Shown: in pieces, positions 44,314-56,100 of the stretch | Layout of the letters: every line of letters begins with the position of its first letter | Position numbering within the stretch: the stretch's first letter is position 1 | Assembly (NCBI GenBank): GCA_963665115.1 | Contig: OY762007.1 | Location: 2,688,001-2,752,000, forward strand | Direction of reading: 5' to 3' | Origin: an uncultured Rivularia sp. | GTDB lineage: Bacteria; Cyanobacteriota; Cyanobacteriia; Cyanobacteriales; Nostocaceae | Length of the DNA stretch: 64,000 nt | Program-made: the position numbers and the translations under genes | Notes under the pieces: generated by a model | Database searches by the model: none | What the model was told of the DNA's origin: nothing | What the model saw: only the letters and a program-made list of their open reading frames with translations

Positions 44314-44483
44314 GCTTTTTTAATAAAGTTTGTCTTATACGACTCATTAGTTTATGTTATCAGCGAACAAATAAGGATGGGGCAGTATGAAAAAAACAAG
44401 GGAGCAAGATGCTCCCACTACAGATGGCTTTATAATTCTTCACTCATAACTCATAACTCCTAACTTTTCTTTCCCTCATCACC

Positions 44484-44834
<351 letters not shown>

Positions 44835-44891
44835 TTATTTGTTGTCATTGCTCAATATCAATTGTTAATCATAGAACGAACCGTTCAAAAA

Positions 44892-45800
44892 TTAAGAATC
44901 TACCGTTTCTAATGCCAGTGGTAGTTCTGAATGCTGAAAACTTTGTTCTCTAGAACTTGCCAGTAACTTGGTTTCAGGAATCATTCTAGGCTTCGACGCT
45001 AATTTAAAAAATTCAAGCATCCGAATAAAGCTGTATGTAGGATCTGGTAGATATGCAACTTTTCCAGAACGAATAGTTATGCCGTGACGACTGGATGATT
45101 GAAAAGCATGGTGGAGATTATGCCAGCCTTCACCCAAGGTTAGAAATGCTACGAAGGCATTATTTCGACTGAATTCATCAGTGATAAACGGGCGATCGCC
45201 TACAATATGAGAGAGTGAGTTAACGGTTTGAACTCCGTGAAATAACAGAGTTGTGCTGAGAAAAAATGCACCGAGATATTCAACACCACCGATGAAATAA
45301 GAAAGCGTTGCCAAGGCTAGTACTGGTACGAAGTGCAAACGGTCAATTACTTTTAAAACTTTGTCATTCTCAACATCCTTGGGCAGTTTAGCAGGTAAAA
45401 ACTCTGGTGATAATAGCCAACCCCCTTGTGACCAATAAAATGCTCGAATTCCTTGAAACCGGGTGTTAGGAGAATGAGCATCAAGTTCTTTGTCGGAATG
45501 TTGATGATGATTCACGTGATGCGCTTTCCACCAACTTGGCCCCATTTGCCCCGCCGATGCTGTCACAATACATCCCAACCACAGAACTAAAGCAGGAGCC
45601 TGATAGCTTTTATGGGTAAGCAACCTATGGTAAATAGCGGTTGTTCCTAGCATTCGGATTAGGTATAAAAATACAATCCATACAACAGCGCCCCACGACA
45701 AACCAGTTTTGAAAACTAGCAACGAACCGAAATGACCGGAAATAATCAGTATTGGACCGATTACATAAGAAACAATCGTGAGTGGCGAATACTGCCTCAT
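44892..45800 (-). CDS. Delta-9 type acyl-lipid/acyl-CoA desaturase
   Basis: His boxes HRLLTH, HVNHH, GEGWHNLHH. Confidence 0.88.
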   Translation of the reverse strand: MRQYSPLTIVSYVIGPILIISGHFGSLLVFKTGLSWGAVVWIVFLYLIRMLGTTAIYHRLLTHKSYQAPALVLWLGCIVTASAGQMGPSWWKAHHVNHHQHSDKELDAHSPNTRFQGIRAFYWSQGGWLLSPEFLPAKLPKDVENDKVLKVIDRLHFVPVLALATLSYFIGGVEYLGAFFLSTTLLFHGVQTVNSLSHIVGDRPFITDEFSRNNAFVAFLTLGEGWHNLHHAFQSSSRHGITIRSGKVAYLPDPTYSFIRMLEFFKLASKPRMIPETKLLASSREQSFQHSELPLALETVDS

Positions 45801-45971
45801 TTTTTCTTTTACTGTCCTGAAAGTATTAATAAAGAAGCCATTAAAAGATTGATTACGCAGAATAATTCCGTATAATCACTTCTAAAGACAGTAGTTGAGA
45901 ACAAGTATTAATACAAGCAATTTGTATTGGGGTTGGATGTTGAAAATTTCTTTGTAACGAAAATTATTTAG

Positions 45972-46868
45972 TTAACGCTCCGCAGGTTTGACAAGAAAAG
46001 GATAAACAATATCTAGAACTAATACGATTAATGCATGAATCGGTATAATCAGTAAAAATGCCAAAAACGATATCGCAATTATCGCAGCTTCAATAATGGG
46101 GGAACGCGGTTTCAACCAGTCGAAAGCGGAGTCTAAAAAGTTTGTAACTTCTTCTTTTCCTTCGACGCACAACCAAGGGCTGTGAGCTACTATTAAATGT
46201 TCGGCTCCCCAACTGCGAACGGTATTAAGAGAATTACGTAAAGATTCGCGGTTGAACATATTAGCTAACTGCATTCCGCGTGGGGTATGCTTATACATTT
46301 GGTTTAACCGAGCAGTGAAGCGGGAAAATGAAGAAAATACTGCGGGATCGAAATCCATAATCATATCGGTGAAAACTACGGTGTTCGACTCGCGATGAAA
46401 AAAAACAATTTCATCCACCAATCCATTACCCGAACCAAAAATGCATCGATCTATTTCGTTACTCCATTCGGATTCTGGCTCGTCTGTAGAAAGGGTTTTG
46501 TAGAAAGTTAAGTCTTTGCGCTTTGAATCTAGTCGCGGTGATGCATAAAGTCTCGCTTCTGGATATGCTTGTCCCCAATCTCCCATATGCAAGTGGTGAA
46601 TGTTATTTGGCGAAACGATATATTTTACAGTTCCAAGGGCATCAATATCGGTGCGGATATCGTCAGTAATACGGATTGGAGAAATAATAAAAAGGCTGTT
46701 GTGTTTGAGACGGATGACAACTGCGCGATGGGTATAGGGATACTTAGGTTGCATCGGAGGGCGGTAGCATATGCAGTCGGAAGCCTCAATTGTCCAGATG
46801 TTGGTGGCTACTTTTGCTAAACCGCTTTTAGTTTCGTTGGGAATTGGGCGGAAAGTTTGAGTTTGCAT
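45972..46868 (-). CDS. DUF4336 domain protein (MBL-like fold)
   Basis: VKYIVSPNNIHHLH, EIVFFHRESNTVVFTD. Confidence 0.8.
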   Translation of the reverse strand: MQTQTFRPIPNETKSGLAKVATNIWTIEASDCICYRPPMQPKYPYTHRAVVIRLKHNSLFIISPIRITDDIRTDIDALGTVKYIVSPNNIHHLHMGDWGQAYPEARLYASPRLDSKRKDLTFYKTLSTDEPESEWSNEIDRCIFGSGNGLVDEIVFFHRESNTVVFTDMIMDFDPAVFSSFSRFTARLNQMYKHTPRGMQLANMFNRESLRNSLNTVRSWGAEHLIVAHSPWLCVEGKEEVTNFLDSAFDWLKPRSPIIEAAIIAISFLAFLLIIPIHALIVLVLDIVYPFLVKPAER

Positions 46869-46967
46869 AACAGAATTTCTCTTAGCCTATATTTAAGTAA
46901 AACTGAAGAATAAAGATAAATAGGGAATTTCGCGAGATGATTTAAAGTTCTTTTATTTTATGCAATT

Positions 46968-47135
46968 TGTAGGTTGGGTTAGACACGAGCAGACAAACTT
47001 GATTTGTAACGAGGATTTATGAATCGTGTCGTAACCCAACATTGCGGTTGCTCCTAAAAATTATGTTGGGTTAAGCGCTATTATAGATTTCTTATAAAAA
47101 CTAATTTATTCGTGCGCCGTGAAGCTAACCTACAA
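46968..47135. repeat. REP-like inverted repeat element (GTAGGTTGGGTT...AACCCAAC / GTTGGGTT...AACCTAC)
   Basis: GTAG-headed palindromes in opposite orientation. Confidence 0.55.
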
Positions 47136-47228
47136 ATACAAGCTTCGTTTTTATCGACAAGCCATACAAAATAATTTTCAGCTATAACTGATGAGTTAAA
47201 TGTTTTTATACTAATCGGTTATATAAAT

Positions 47229-48768
47229 ATGCTTGCTAGAGTTTGGAGTGCATCAATTGTCGGCATCGATGCCATCAAGGTGGGTGTGGAAGTCGATGTT
47301 TCGGGTGGTTTACCGGCGATTGTGATGTTGGGTTTACCCGATAGTGCGGTGCAGGAATCAAAGGAAAGGGTAAAAGCAACTTTGAAAAATGCAGGTTTTG
47401 CTTTCCCTATGCGTAAGATTGTAATTAACTTGACTCCTGCCGATTTACGTAAGGAAGGACCTTGTTTTGATTTGCCTATCAGCGTGGGCATTTTAGCAGC
47501 TTCGGATCAAGTTAATCCCGATTTGCTTGGTGATTATTTATTCCTTGGGGAAGTCTCGTTAGATGGTAGTTTGCGCCCTGTGGCTGGTGTATTACCGATC
47601 GCTGCTGCGGCGCAAAACATGGGAATCACGGCTTTAGTGGTACCTGCGGATAATGCTCAAGAAGCGGCAGTTGTCAAGGGATTAGATGTTTATGGTTTTG
47701 AAAATGTCTCTGATGTGGCTAATTTTTTAAATAATCCTGCACGTTATAAACCTGTAGAACTTGATGAAACTATAGAAACTTCATCTGACGATGCGACACC
47801 TGTTTACAATTTGGATTTAAAGGATGTCAAAGGACAAGCTCATGCACGTCGTGCTTTAGAAATCGCTGCTGCTGGAGGTCATAATTTAATTTTTGTTGGG
47901 CCACCTGGTAGCGGTAAAACCATGTTGGCAAGGCGTTTACCTCATATTTTGCCTCCGTTGGGTTTTGATGAATCTTTGGAAGTCACACGTATTTATTCGG
48001 TAGCTGGCTTATTGAAAAATCGCGGTACATTAATTCGCGATCGCCCTTTTCGCAGTCCCCATCATTCGGCGAGTGGCCCCTTCTTTGGTGGGTGGTGGCA
48101 GCTATCCCCGCCCTGGCGAAATTTCTTTATCACATCGAGGTGTACTTTTCCTAGATGAGTTAACAGAATTTAAAAGAGATGTTTTAGAATTCCTGCGTCA
48201 ACCTCTTGAAGATGGGCAAGTAACTATTTCCCGCACCAAACAATCTGTCATGTTTCCGGCGCAGTTTACCTTGGTGGCGAGTACCAATCCCTGCCCCTGC
48301 GGCTTTTACGGCGATACCATCGAACCCTGTACCTGTTCCCCTAGTAAAAGAGAAAATTATTGGGGCAAGTTATCGGGGCCGTTAATGGATAGAATCGATC
48401 TACAAGTTGCGGTAAATCGTTTGAAACCCGAAGAAATTACCCAGCAACCCAATGGAGAAACATCGGCAACCGTTAGAGAAAGAGTTTTAATTGCACGAGA
48501 GCGAGCCTCTAAAAGATTTGCAAAAGAAAAAACTGTACGCTGCAATGCTCAAATGCAAAGTCGTCACTTACAGAAATGGTGCAAATTAGATGACGCATCT
48601 CGCAATTTATTAGAAATGGCTATCCGAAAATTAAGTTTATCAGCAAGAGCAAGCGATCGCATTTTAAAAGTAGCAAGAACTATTGCAGATTTAGCTGGTG
48701 ATGAAAACTTGCAGCCCCATCATGTTGCCGAAGCAGTTCAGTATCGCACCATAGATAGAATGCAATAA
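47229..48768 (+). CDS. comM: YifB/ComM Mg-chelatase-like AAA ATPase; +1 frameshift at ~48077-80
   Basis: NLTPADLRKEG, GPPGSGKTMLA, RSPHHSAS(GPSLVGGG), GVLFLDEL, LSGPLMDRID. Confidence 0.9.
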
Positions 48769-48968
48769 TGAAATGGGCATGGGGCATTGGGGATAGGGCA
48801 TTGGGGATTGGTAATGGGTAATTGGTAATTGGTAATTGTTAATTATTTTTACTCTACCCCCTCTACCCCCTCTCCCCCCTCTCATCTTCTTAAGTATAAT
48901 TACTTCCATCTTTACGCAGAGTTGATACTAATCTAAAATAGTTAAATTCGTTCATTGCAGAACCATAG

Positions 48969-50603
48969 ATGGATTGGAGTAGCTTGCTGCGAAGTTTACA
49001 ATCGGACTTTATCAAGCGTTTGGCTGATGGTTGTTTGCTGCATTGTCAAAGTGTCGGTCAATATAGCGAGCTAAGTATTATATCTGGGGAGAGGTTAAAA
49101 CAGCTACGCGAGTTTTGCTGGATGATGGCGGAAAAATATAAGCGCGTTTCTTCAGTGCGCGATGTTTTTGTTAGCTATCTTAAGGGAAAGTTGGGTGAGG
49201 AAGTTGTAAAAGAAAGGTTGGCTGATTTTATTACCGAGGTAGATTATGAAAAACGCTTCGGTGGTGATGGTAATGTTGATTTTACGTTGACTGCTAATCC
49301 TTTAATTGGGATTGAAGTGAAATCTCGTCACGGTTATTTTAATAAGGTAAGATGGTCGGTTTCTGTTGACGAAGTACAAAAAAATGCGGTTATTGTTTGC
49401 GTTTTAATTCAGGAAGAGGTAAATGAAGCGCAATCTAAATATAATCTGGTTTTGGCTGGGTTTTTACCAACTGAAATGATTAAGTTGAGAACTGGTAAAA
49501 TCTCTTTTGGAATTGAGCAGTTATTTTATGCTGGTGGGTTACGCTCTTATTTAGAACATTTACAGGCTTCTACAAGTTATATTTCTCCTCAGCAGCAATT
49601 ATTTAATAAACCAGCAAACCAGAATTTTATTACGTCAGTTAAAACTGAAGAAAATTTAAATCAACTTTATATTCAGCAGGGTGATGAATGTTTTGAAAAA
49701 AAGCTTTATGATGCTGCGATTGAGAATTACACTCAAGCGTTACAAATTCATCATGGTGATGCTACTACTTTTTACAAGCGCGGCAATATTTTTTATTATT
49801 TGAAAGATTATAGTCAAGCAATTGCAGATTTTACTCAAGCAATTAATGTAAATCCGAATTTTGCTAAAGCTTATATAAAAAGCGGTTTGACTCGATGTAA
49901 GTTAGCAGATTATTACGGAGCTATTGAAGATTATACTCAAGCGATTAGAATTAATTATTACGATGCGGTAGCTTTTCAAAACCGTGGTGATATTCGTTCT
50001 TTTCTCGGTGATAGTCAAGGTGCAATTGAAGATTATACTCAAGCTAAAAAAAATAATCCTCATTTATTAGAAAAAACATTAGAAAAGCAGAAAATTATTT
50101 CTGATAGCGATGATAATTCTACAGTAGATGATAATACAAATAATTTAGAGCTTGAAAATCATCAACGTGCTATTGAAGTTTTCACACAAGTAATTGAAAT
50201 TAGTCCCGATGATGCAGTCGGCTACAAAAAGCGCGGTAATGCTCGTTGCGATTTGGGAGATTATTTACAAGCAATTGAAGATTTTACAAAAGCAATTCAG
50301 ATAAATCCTTATGATGCAGATGCTTATTTTTATCGCGGTAATGCTTTTTACGAGTTGGGAGATAAACCCGAAGCAATTGAAGATTACACTCAAGCAATTA
50401 AAATAAATGACAGCGATGCGGATGTTTATATTAATCGCGGAAATGTGCGAGATGAATTAGGAGATACCCAAGGGGCAGTTGCAGATTTTCATGTAGCAGC
50501 AGATTTATATCAGAAAGTTGGTAAAGTTCAAGAATATCAGGATACGAGAGAAAAGATTTTGGATTTGGAAATTGAAGAATCTTTGGATGTTTTGGATTTT
50601 TGA
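48969..50603 (+). CDS. TPR repeat protein with N-terminal putative PD-(D/E)XK-like domain
   Basis: Multiple AIxDYTQAI TPRs; N-terminal GKLGEE..DGNVDF..IEVKSR. Confidence 0.8.
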   Translation: MDWSSLLRSLQSDFIKRLADGCLLHCQSVGQYSELSIISGERLKQLREFCWMMAEKYKRVSSVRDVFVSYLKGKLGEEVVKERLADFITEVDYEKRFGGDGNVDFTLTANPLIGIEVKSRHGYFNKVRWSVSVDEVQKNAVIVCVLIQEEVNEAQSKYNLVLAGFLPTEMIKLRTGKISFGIEQLFYAGGLRSYLEHLQASTSYISPQQQLFNKPANQNFITSVKTEENLNQLYIQQGDECFEKKLYDAAIENYTQALQIHHGDATTFYKRGNIFYYLKDYSQAIADFTQAINVNPNFAKAYIKSGLTRCKLADYYGAIEDYTQAIRINYYDAVAFQNRGDIRSFLGDSQGAIEDYTQAKKNNPHLLEKTLEKQKIISDSDDNSTVDDNTNNLELENHQRAIEVFTQVIEISPDDAVGYKKRGNARCDLGDYLQAIEDFTKAIQINPYDADAYFYRGNAFYELGDKPEAIEDYTQAIKINDSDADVYINRGNVRDELGDTQGAVADFHVAADLYQKVGKVQEYQDTREKILDLEIEESLDVLDF

Positions 50604-50715
50604 CAATTATCAATTATCAATTATCAGTTGAGAGAAAATAATCTTGTAGGGTGTGTGACGCTTCAATAAATTTTGTTGGTAATTTAATCGCTTTTAGCAT
50701 CACGCTTTGTTAAAC

Positions 50716-50846
50716 TATAGCGATTTTCGGTTGAGTCCAATACACTCACAACCTCACCCCCGTCCCCTCTCCTTAATAAGGAGAGGGGTGTCCGATAGGA
50801 CGGGGTGAGGTCAAATTTGTATTGCATCCAAGTGAAAACTGCTATA
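50716..50846. mobile_element. MITE-like element with imperfect ~28-bp TIRs and internal palindrome
   Basis: TATAGCGATTTTCGGTTGAGTCCAATAC vs reverse complement TATAGCAGTTTTCACTTGGATGCAATAC; internal CCTCACCCC..CCCCTCTCCTT/AAGGAGAGGGG..GGGGTGAGG. Confidence 0.7.
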
Positions 50847-51029
50847 TTGAATTGCTAACAGTTTTTTTCGTATATATTCTTGTTGCTGCTTGTAGTACAA
50901 TTTTTGCCGCAAACCCACATCTAATTGTTGAGTTTCCAGTCTAAAAGTTCTACTTCCTATAGATTTAACCATGATGTAGCCCGAAATTAATTCATGTAAT
51001 ATTAATTATTCTACAAAAGCTAATAAAAA

Positions 51030-51980
51030 TCATTTTGGTTCTAAAAAACGTTTAATAGTCATAACAATATAATCTCCTTTTATATACTTTGAAATCAATC
51101 CTACAGGATTTAAAAAGAATTCGTTATCTGGTACTACTAATACAACTTGACTTCCATATGTATCTTCAAACGAACTCAAAATAATACGTTTATTTTTCAC
51201 ATCAATAATTTCATTCAAAGGATATTGATGCACTTCTTTTCCAAGCATTCCGAAACATCTATAGCGGCTAACTGTTAAAAGATTTGTTTCTTTATCAAAA
51301 CAAAAATTAATAAATAAGCCTGTTGATGTGAGTAGTAAAAATATTATTAAAAAGAATATAACACATCCAAAACCTACATATCCCATATACTTATTGTCTA
51401 CAATACCTACGATTTTTCTGATTTCGCTATTGATTAAAAATTCATTAATAGATGACGTTAATAATCTGAGTTCATTTATTTTAGATTCAAAAAACCTGTA
51501 ACGTGTGAAAGGAATAGTTTCGGTTGGTGTTAATAAAATTATTCGATACTTATAGCTTGATTTATCTTTCCCATTGATTTCAACTTTTTCGCCTCTTTTT
51601 GTTTCAATTTGTGCCTCAATTAAATTTGGAATTATCCTTGTTTGTTTTTCATAATCAAACCAATATATGTCTATAATTTTACAATCTGTTGGAATAATTT
51701 TTTGTTTAGTACTTAGATCCTGATTAACCGTTGAGATATTCTGCATAGAGTGTTCGCAAATTATTTTTTGAATAGGATTAAAACTAAAAACTCCATACAA
51801 CAATAAACATAAAAATGGACTAGTAATTATTGCTAGGAAAAAACTCAATTTTGGTCTAAAGATAAGATTAAGTTTAGTTGATGAATGTTCTGATATTCTT
51901 ATAAAATCACCTATTGAAAAATAACAAAAAGCTAAAAGAATAAATATTATTAAAATTGTATTTGTTATATTGTTATCCAT
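51030..51980 (-). CDS. Hypothetical membrane protein (AT-rich)
   Basis: 316 aa, three hydrophobic segments. Confidence 0.65.
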   Translation of the reverse strand: MDNNITNTILIIFILLAFCYFSIGDFIRISEHSSTKLNLIFRPKLSFFLAIITSPFLCLLLYGVFSFNPIQKIICEHSMQNISTVNQDLSTKQKIIPTDCKIIDIYWFDYEKQTRIIPNLIEAQIETKRGEKVEINGKDKSSYKYRIILLTPTETIPFTRYRFFESKINELRLLTSSINEFLINSEIRKIVGIVDNKYMGYVGFGCVIFFLIIFLLLTSTGLFINFCFDKETNLLTVSRYRCFGMLGKEVHQYPLNEIIDVKNKRIILSSFEDTYGSQVVLVVPDNEFFLNPVGLISKYIKGDYIVMTIKRFLEPK

Positions 51981-52085
51981 AGTATATAATGCCCAAAAAA
52001 AATAGGAGCTAGAAAATAACTCCTAACTCCTAACTCCTAACTCTTAACTGCCGGGGAGACGTAGCACTGCTACGTCTCTACATTA

Positions 52086-53072
52086 TTAATATCCGCCTTC
52101 TTCTTCGTATTCTGGCTGCTTTTCTTTGACTTTCTTGGGGATAACAATTGGCTGGGGTGCTTCTTCGTCTTCCCAAGCGTCTTTTTCTAAGTCGTCGTCG
52201 TAGGTTTCGTAGTCTTCTTTATATGCTTTATTGGGGAAGGGTTGGGGTGATGGTGCTTGATACCTATCTTTACCCGTGGCTTCGCTCCAGTTGTCTTCTT
52301 CGGCTTCTTCGTAACGGATGGTTTCTTCTTCGTAAGGGGGTGCTTCCATGACTCGACGACGAGGGGCTTCTTCGTAAGCGTCGTCTTCTGTCCAAACTTC
52401 TTCTGCTACTGGCTCTGGGCGGCGTACTCTGGGTTGGGGTGCTTCTAAGGGTACTCCCGATGGTAGCTGATTTTCTGGCGCTACGGTTTTAGGAGTGGCG
52501 TTGTAATATTCGTCGTCGCGTTCCCAAGGTGCTTTGCCGATACCCAAACGTTCTAGTACGCCGACGCTTAATTGAGTAACTCTTTCTTCAGCTCCTTCAA
52601 ATACTATCAGTCGATTTGCGCCAACGCTGGCTATTTCGTCCATTGATAGTTCGTAGGTGCTGAGAACTTGATCGGGTATTTGTGGTAGTCCTAAAGAAGC
52701 AATGATTATGGAACTAATTCTACCGCTGATGCCATCAAACTTGAAACCGCGTACTCTTCCTAGTACTTCTCCGGATTCTGTAATGACTTCCCAATTAACT
52801 AAATTACTATATAGCTGGGTGTCGATGTCTTCGATTACATCTTCATTATTGACCAAAATCACATCGCCAATTTGGTCAATGCTACCTAAATACATATAGC
52901 GCGGTATTCCAGAAACGGAGATCAGGCTGTCTCGCAATCCAAGTGCCACAACTTCTCGTCTATCAATATCAACCCACAGCTGGTTGACAATGCCGAGCCT
53001 TCTCCCGTTGTCGCGGGTGATGACTTGGGTGTTTAAAATGTCCGAGCGTCTAATAATTTGTTCAGAGGTCAT
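52086..53072 (-). CDS. PRC-barrel domain protein
   Basis: Two PRC barrels (QVITRDNGRRLG, EVITESGEVLGRV) plus acidic tail; downstream of smc. Confidence 0.88.
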   Translation of the reverse strand: MTSEQIIRRSDILNTQVITRDNGRRLGIVNQLWVDIDRREVVALGLRDSLISVSGIPRYMYLGSIDQIGDVILVNNEDVIEDIDTQLYSNLVNWEVITESGEVLGRVRGFKFDGISGRISSIIIASLGLPQIPDQVLSTYELSMDEIASVGANRLIVFEGAEERVTQLSVGVLERLGIGKAPWERDDEYYNATPKTVAPENQLPSGVPLEAPQPRVRRPEPVAEEVWTEDDAYEEAPRRRVMEAPPYEEETIRYEEAEEDNWSEATGKDRYQAPSPQPFPNKAYKEDYETYDDDLEKDAWEDEEAPQPIVIPKKVKEKQPEYEEEGGY

Positions 53073-53130
53073 TATTTACCGAGTCCCGATCTCGAATCCG
53101 GTTTATCTATACACTATTATTAACAGATAC

Positions 53131-56100
53131 TCAAGCAGAAGTATTGTCGGTTTTTAACTTAATCCCCAAAACTTGCGTATAAGCTCCACGGGCTTGAGTT
53201 ACTCCGATTGTACGTTCGGCTGATTCTATCATTGGGCGGCGCAAGCTTACAACTATAAATTGTGCTAACTCTGCCTGTTGCTTAATCATTTTAGCTAATC
53301 GTTCTACGTTTGCCCCGTCTAAAAACATATCTACTTCATCAAATGCGTAAAATGGCGATGGGCGATATCTTTGTAAAGCGAAAATAAAGCTTAATGCTGT
53401 TAATGATTTCTCTCCCCCTGACATCGATGCTAAACGCTGTACTGGTTTACCTTTGGGATGCGCGACTAAATTTAAACCGCTGATAAATGGATCTTCTTCG
53501 TTGTCTAATTGTAAGTAACCATCGCCGTCGGAAAGGGTGGCAAAAATTGATTTAAAGTTTTCATTCACAGCGTCAAATGCTTCTTTAAATGCTCTTTGAC
53601 GTAAAGTAGTAAAGTTTTCAATTCTTAATAATAATTCGGTTCGTTCTGCTTCTAATGTTTCTAATTTTTCGGTAAGCTCTGCTAAACGTTGTTGAGTACG
53701 TTCATATTGTTCCAGAGCCAACATATTAACTGGTTCCATTGCTTGTAAACGTTTGGAAAGAGATTTTAATTCTTTTTGTAGCTCTTCTAAATCTACGTTT
53801 TCGGGTACTTCTGGTAAAGGATTTGGTAATTCTGAGGATATTGTTTGTAATTCTGCCAATACTCTATCTAATTCTTCGCGGCGGTTTTGTTGGCTTTCTT
53901 GCAGCTTTTGAACTTCCCATTCCAACTGTTGTTGACGTAATAATAGTTTTCTTAATTCGGCTTCTACTGTATCGCGCTTTTGTTTTTCTTCACCTAAATT
54001 CGCTTCCATTTCCTGGATGCGCTGACGAGTTTCGGTTAGGGCTGCTGTTAATGTTGCTTCTTGCTGTTTGAGACTATCAATTTGATTTTGCTGGTTTAAT
54101 TGCTGTTGCTGATATTCTTCAACTCGTCGTACTCCATCGGCAATTTTTTCTTGCAATACCTGCTGTTGAACTTCGAGATTTTTTAATGTTTCTTGTGTTG
54201 CTCTTAAAGCTGTATCTTGTTGCTGCAACTGCTGCTCTTGACTTTTAATTGTGGCTTGAATTTGCTGCCACTCGCTTGGTGTTTGCGATGCTTCTAATTC
54301 TGCTAATTCATCACGAAAATTTTGTAATTGTTGCTCTTGCGTCGGTAATTCCCTTTCTAATATATCTAAGCGAGATTGAGCGGTATTTAATTTTTGGGTA
54401 TTCTGTGTAAGTTGATTTTTAGCATCTTCTACACGCTTGATTAAACTTTGAACTTCCTTCTGCAACTGCTCGGCTCTTAACTGCTGTTCTCTTTTTCCCT
54501 GGCGAGTTTCGGTAAGTTGAGTAGCTAATCCTTTTGTTCTTTCGGAAAGAGTTGCTATTGCTTCGTTACAGCGCAGTAAAACTCGTTCAATTTCAATCAA
54601 ACGGTTTCTCAAAGCTTTGACTTCTTCCGATTCCGTTGCTTCCACCGTACCAAAACGCAAAGTTGAACGCTGATTAACGCTACCGCCAGTCATTGCGCCG
54701 CTGGTTTCTAATAATTCCCCTTCTAAAGTAACGATGCGAACTTTTCCTAAATGATTTCTGGCTAAATTAATATTTTCAAAAACAACCGTATTTCCGAAAA
54801 CATAAGCAAACACATCATCGTAACGGGCTTCGCAATCGATTAAATTCACCGCATAATCAATAAACCCGTTGGCATATCTTAAATTACCAGATTCATTAAT
54901 GCGCGGCGCTCGAATTTTATTTAAAGGTAGAAAAGTTGCTCTTCCGGCGCGTCTTTGCTTGAGTAACTGAATTCCAGCCGCACCAACGCTGTCATCTTCA
55001 ACAACAATTTGTCCCAAACGTCCGCCAGCAGCAGTTTCCAAAGCTAATTGAAAATTTGGTTCTACTCTTCCCAACTCCGCCACCAAACCACAAACACCAG
55101 GTAAACCCGACTGCAAAATAATTTTACTGGCATGGGTACCTTGAGCTTCCTGTTGAGCTTGAGCTTGTGCTTCCAACTTATCAAGACTTCGCTGTTTATC
55201 CCTTTGCTCTTGCAACAATCGCTTTTGAGTTTGCTGCTGAATTTCTAATTCTTGTTCAGTTGCTGCTAAATTTTCGGCTAAATCTTGAATTGGTGCAACG
55301 CTAGAATTAAATCCAACTTCAAATTGATTAAATTGACTTTGTTTTTCTGCTAACTGCGGCTCTAATTCTGCAACTAACTCATTTTGTTCTTGAATTTGTT
55401 GCTGTAACTGACTATTTCTTTCCCGTAACTGCGCTCTTTCGCTGCGTTGGGGTTCTAAAGTTTGCAGCACAGTTTCGATTTGACGGTTTAAATTCGTTTG
55501 CTGTACCACCCAAGCTTCCGAAGCCGAAGCAATCTCTGCCGCCATTTCGCGAGATTTTTCTAAATTTTGACGCAGTGACTCCCGCTGAGTTTGTAAAGAT
55601 GAGGAATTTTGCGTTTCTGCATTTTTTTGTTGAGTTAATTGAGATACAGAATCTTGATGCTGGTGAATTTCCTGTTGAGTTTGGATTATTTTCACCCCAG
55701 CTTCCGCAATCCCCGCTTGTAACTCACTTTGACGACGCTGCACTTGCTTGCATTCCGCGTCTTGAGTCGCCAAATTCGCCTGTACAGCTAAAAGTTCTTC
55801 CTCACCCAAAGCTTTGACATGAGCATTTAACTCCTCAAGCTCCTTTTGCTTTGATTCAATATCCCGATTAACTGCACCCAACTGCTCGGTGTTTTCAGTA
55901 AATTGGCGATCGCCGTCTTGAATCTGCTTCGACAATCTTTCTTGATGCCCCTGTAAAGTGCGCCATGACAGCACAACTTCCCACTTCTGCTTTTCTAAAA
56001 AATCAACTCGCAATCTTTGATATTTCTCAGCCTTCGCCTTATCTTGAGAAAGCCTTTCGCATTGCGTTGTTAATTCCGTCTCAATAATCCGACAGCTATC

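Noticed and set aside
43057..44463. Several plus-strand ORFs across psbA
   Set aside because: Antisense shadows of the psbA gene
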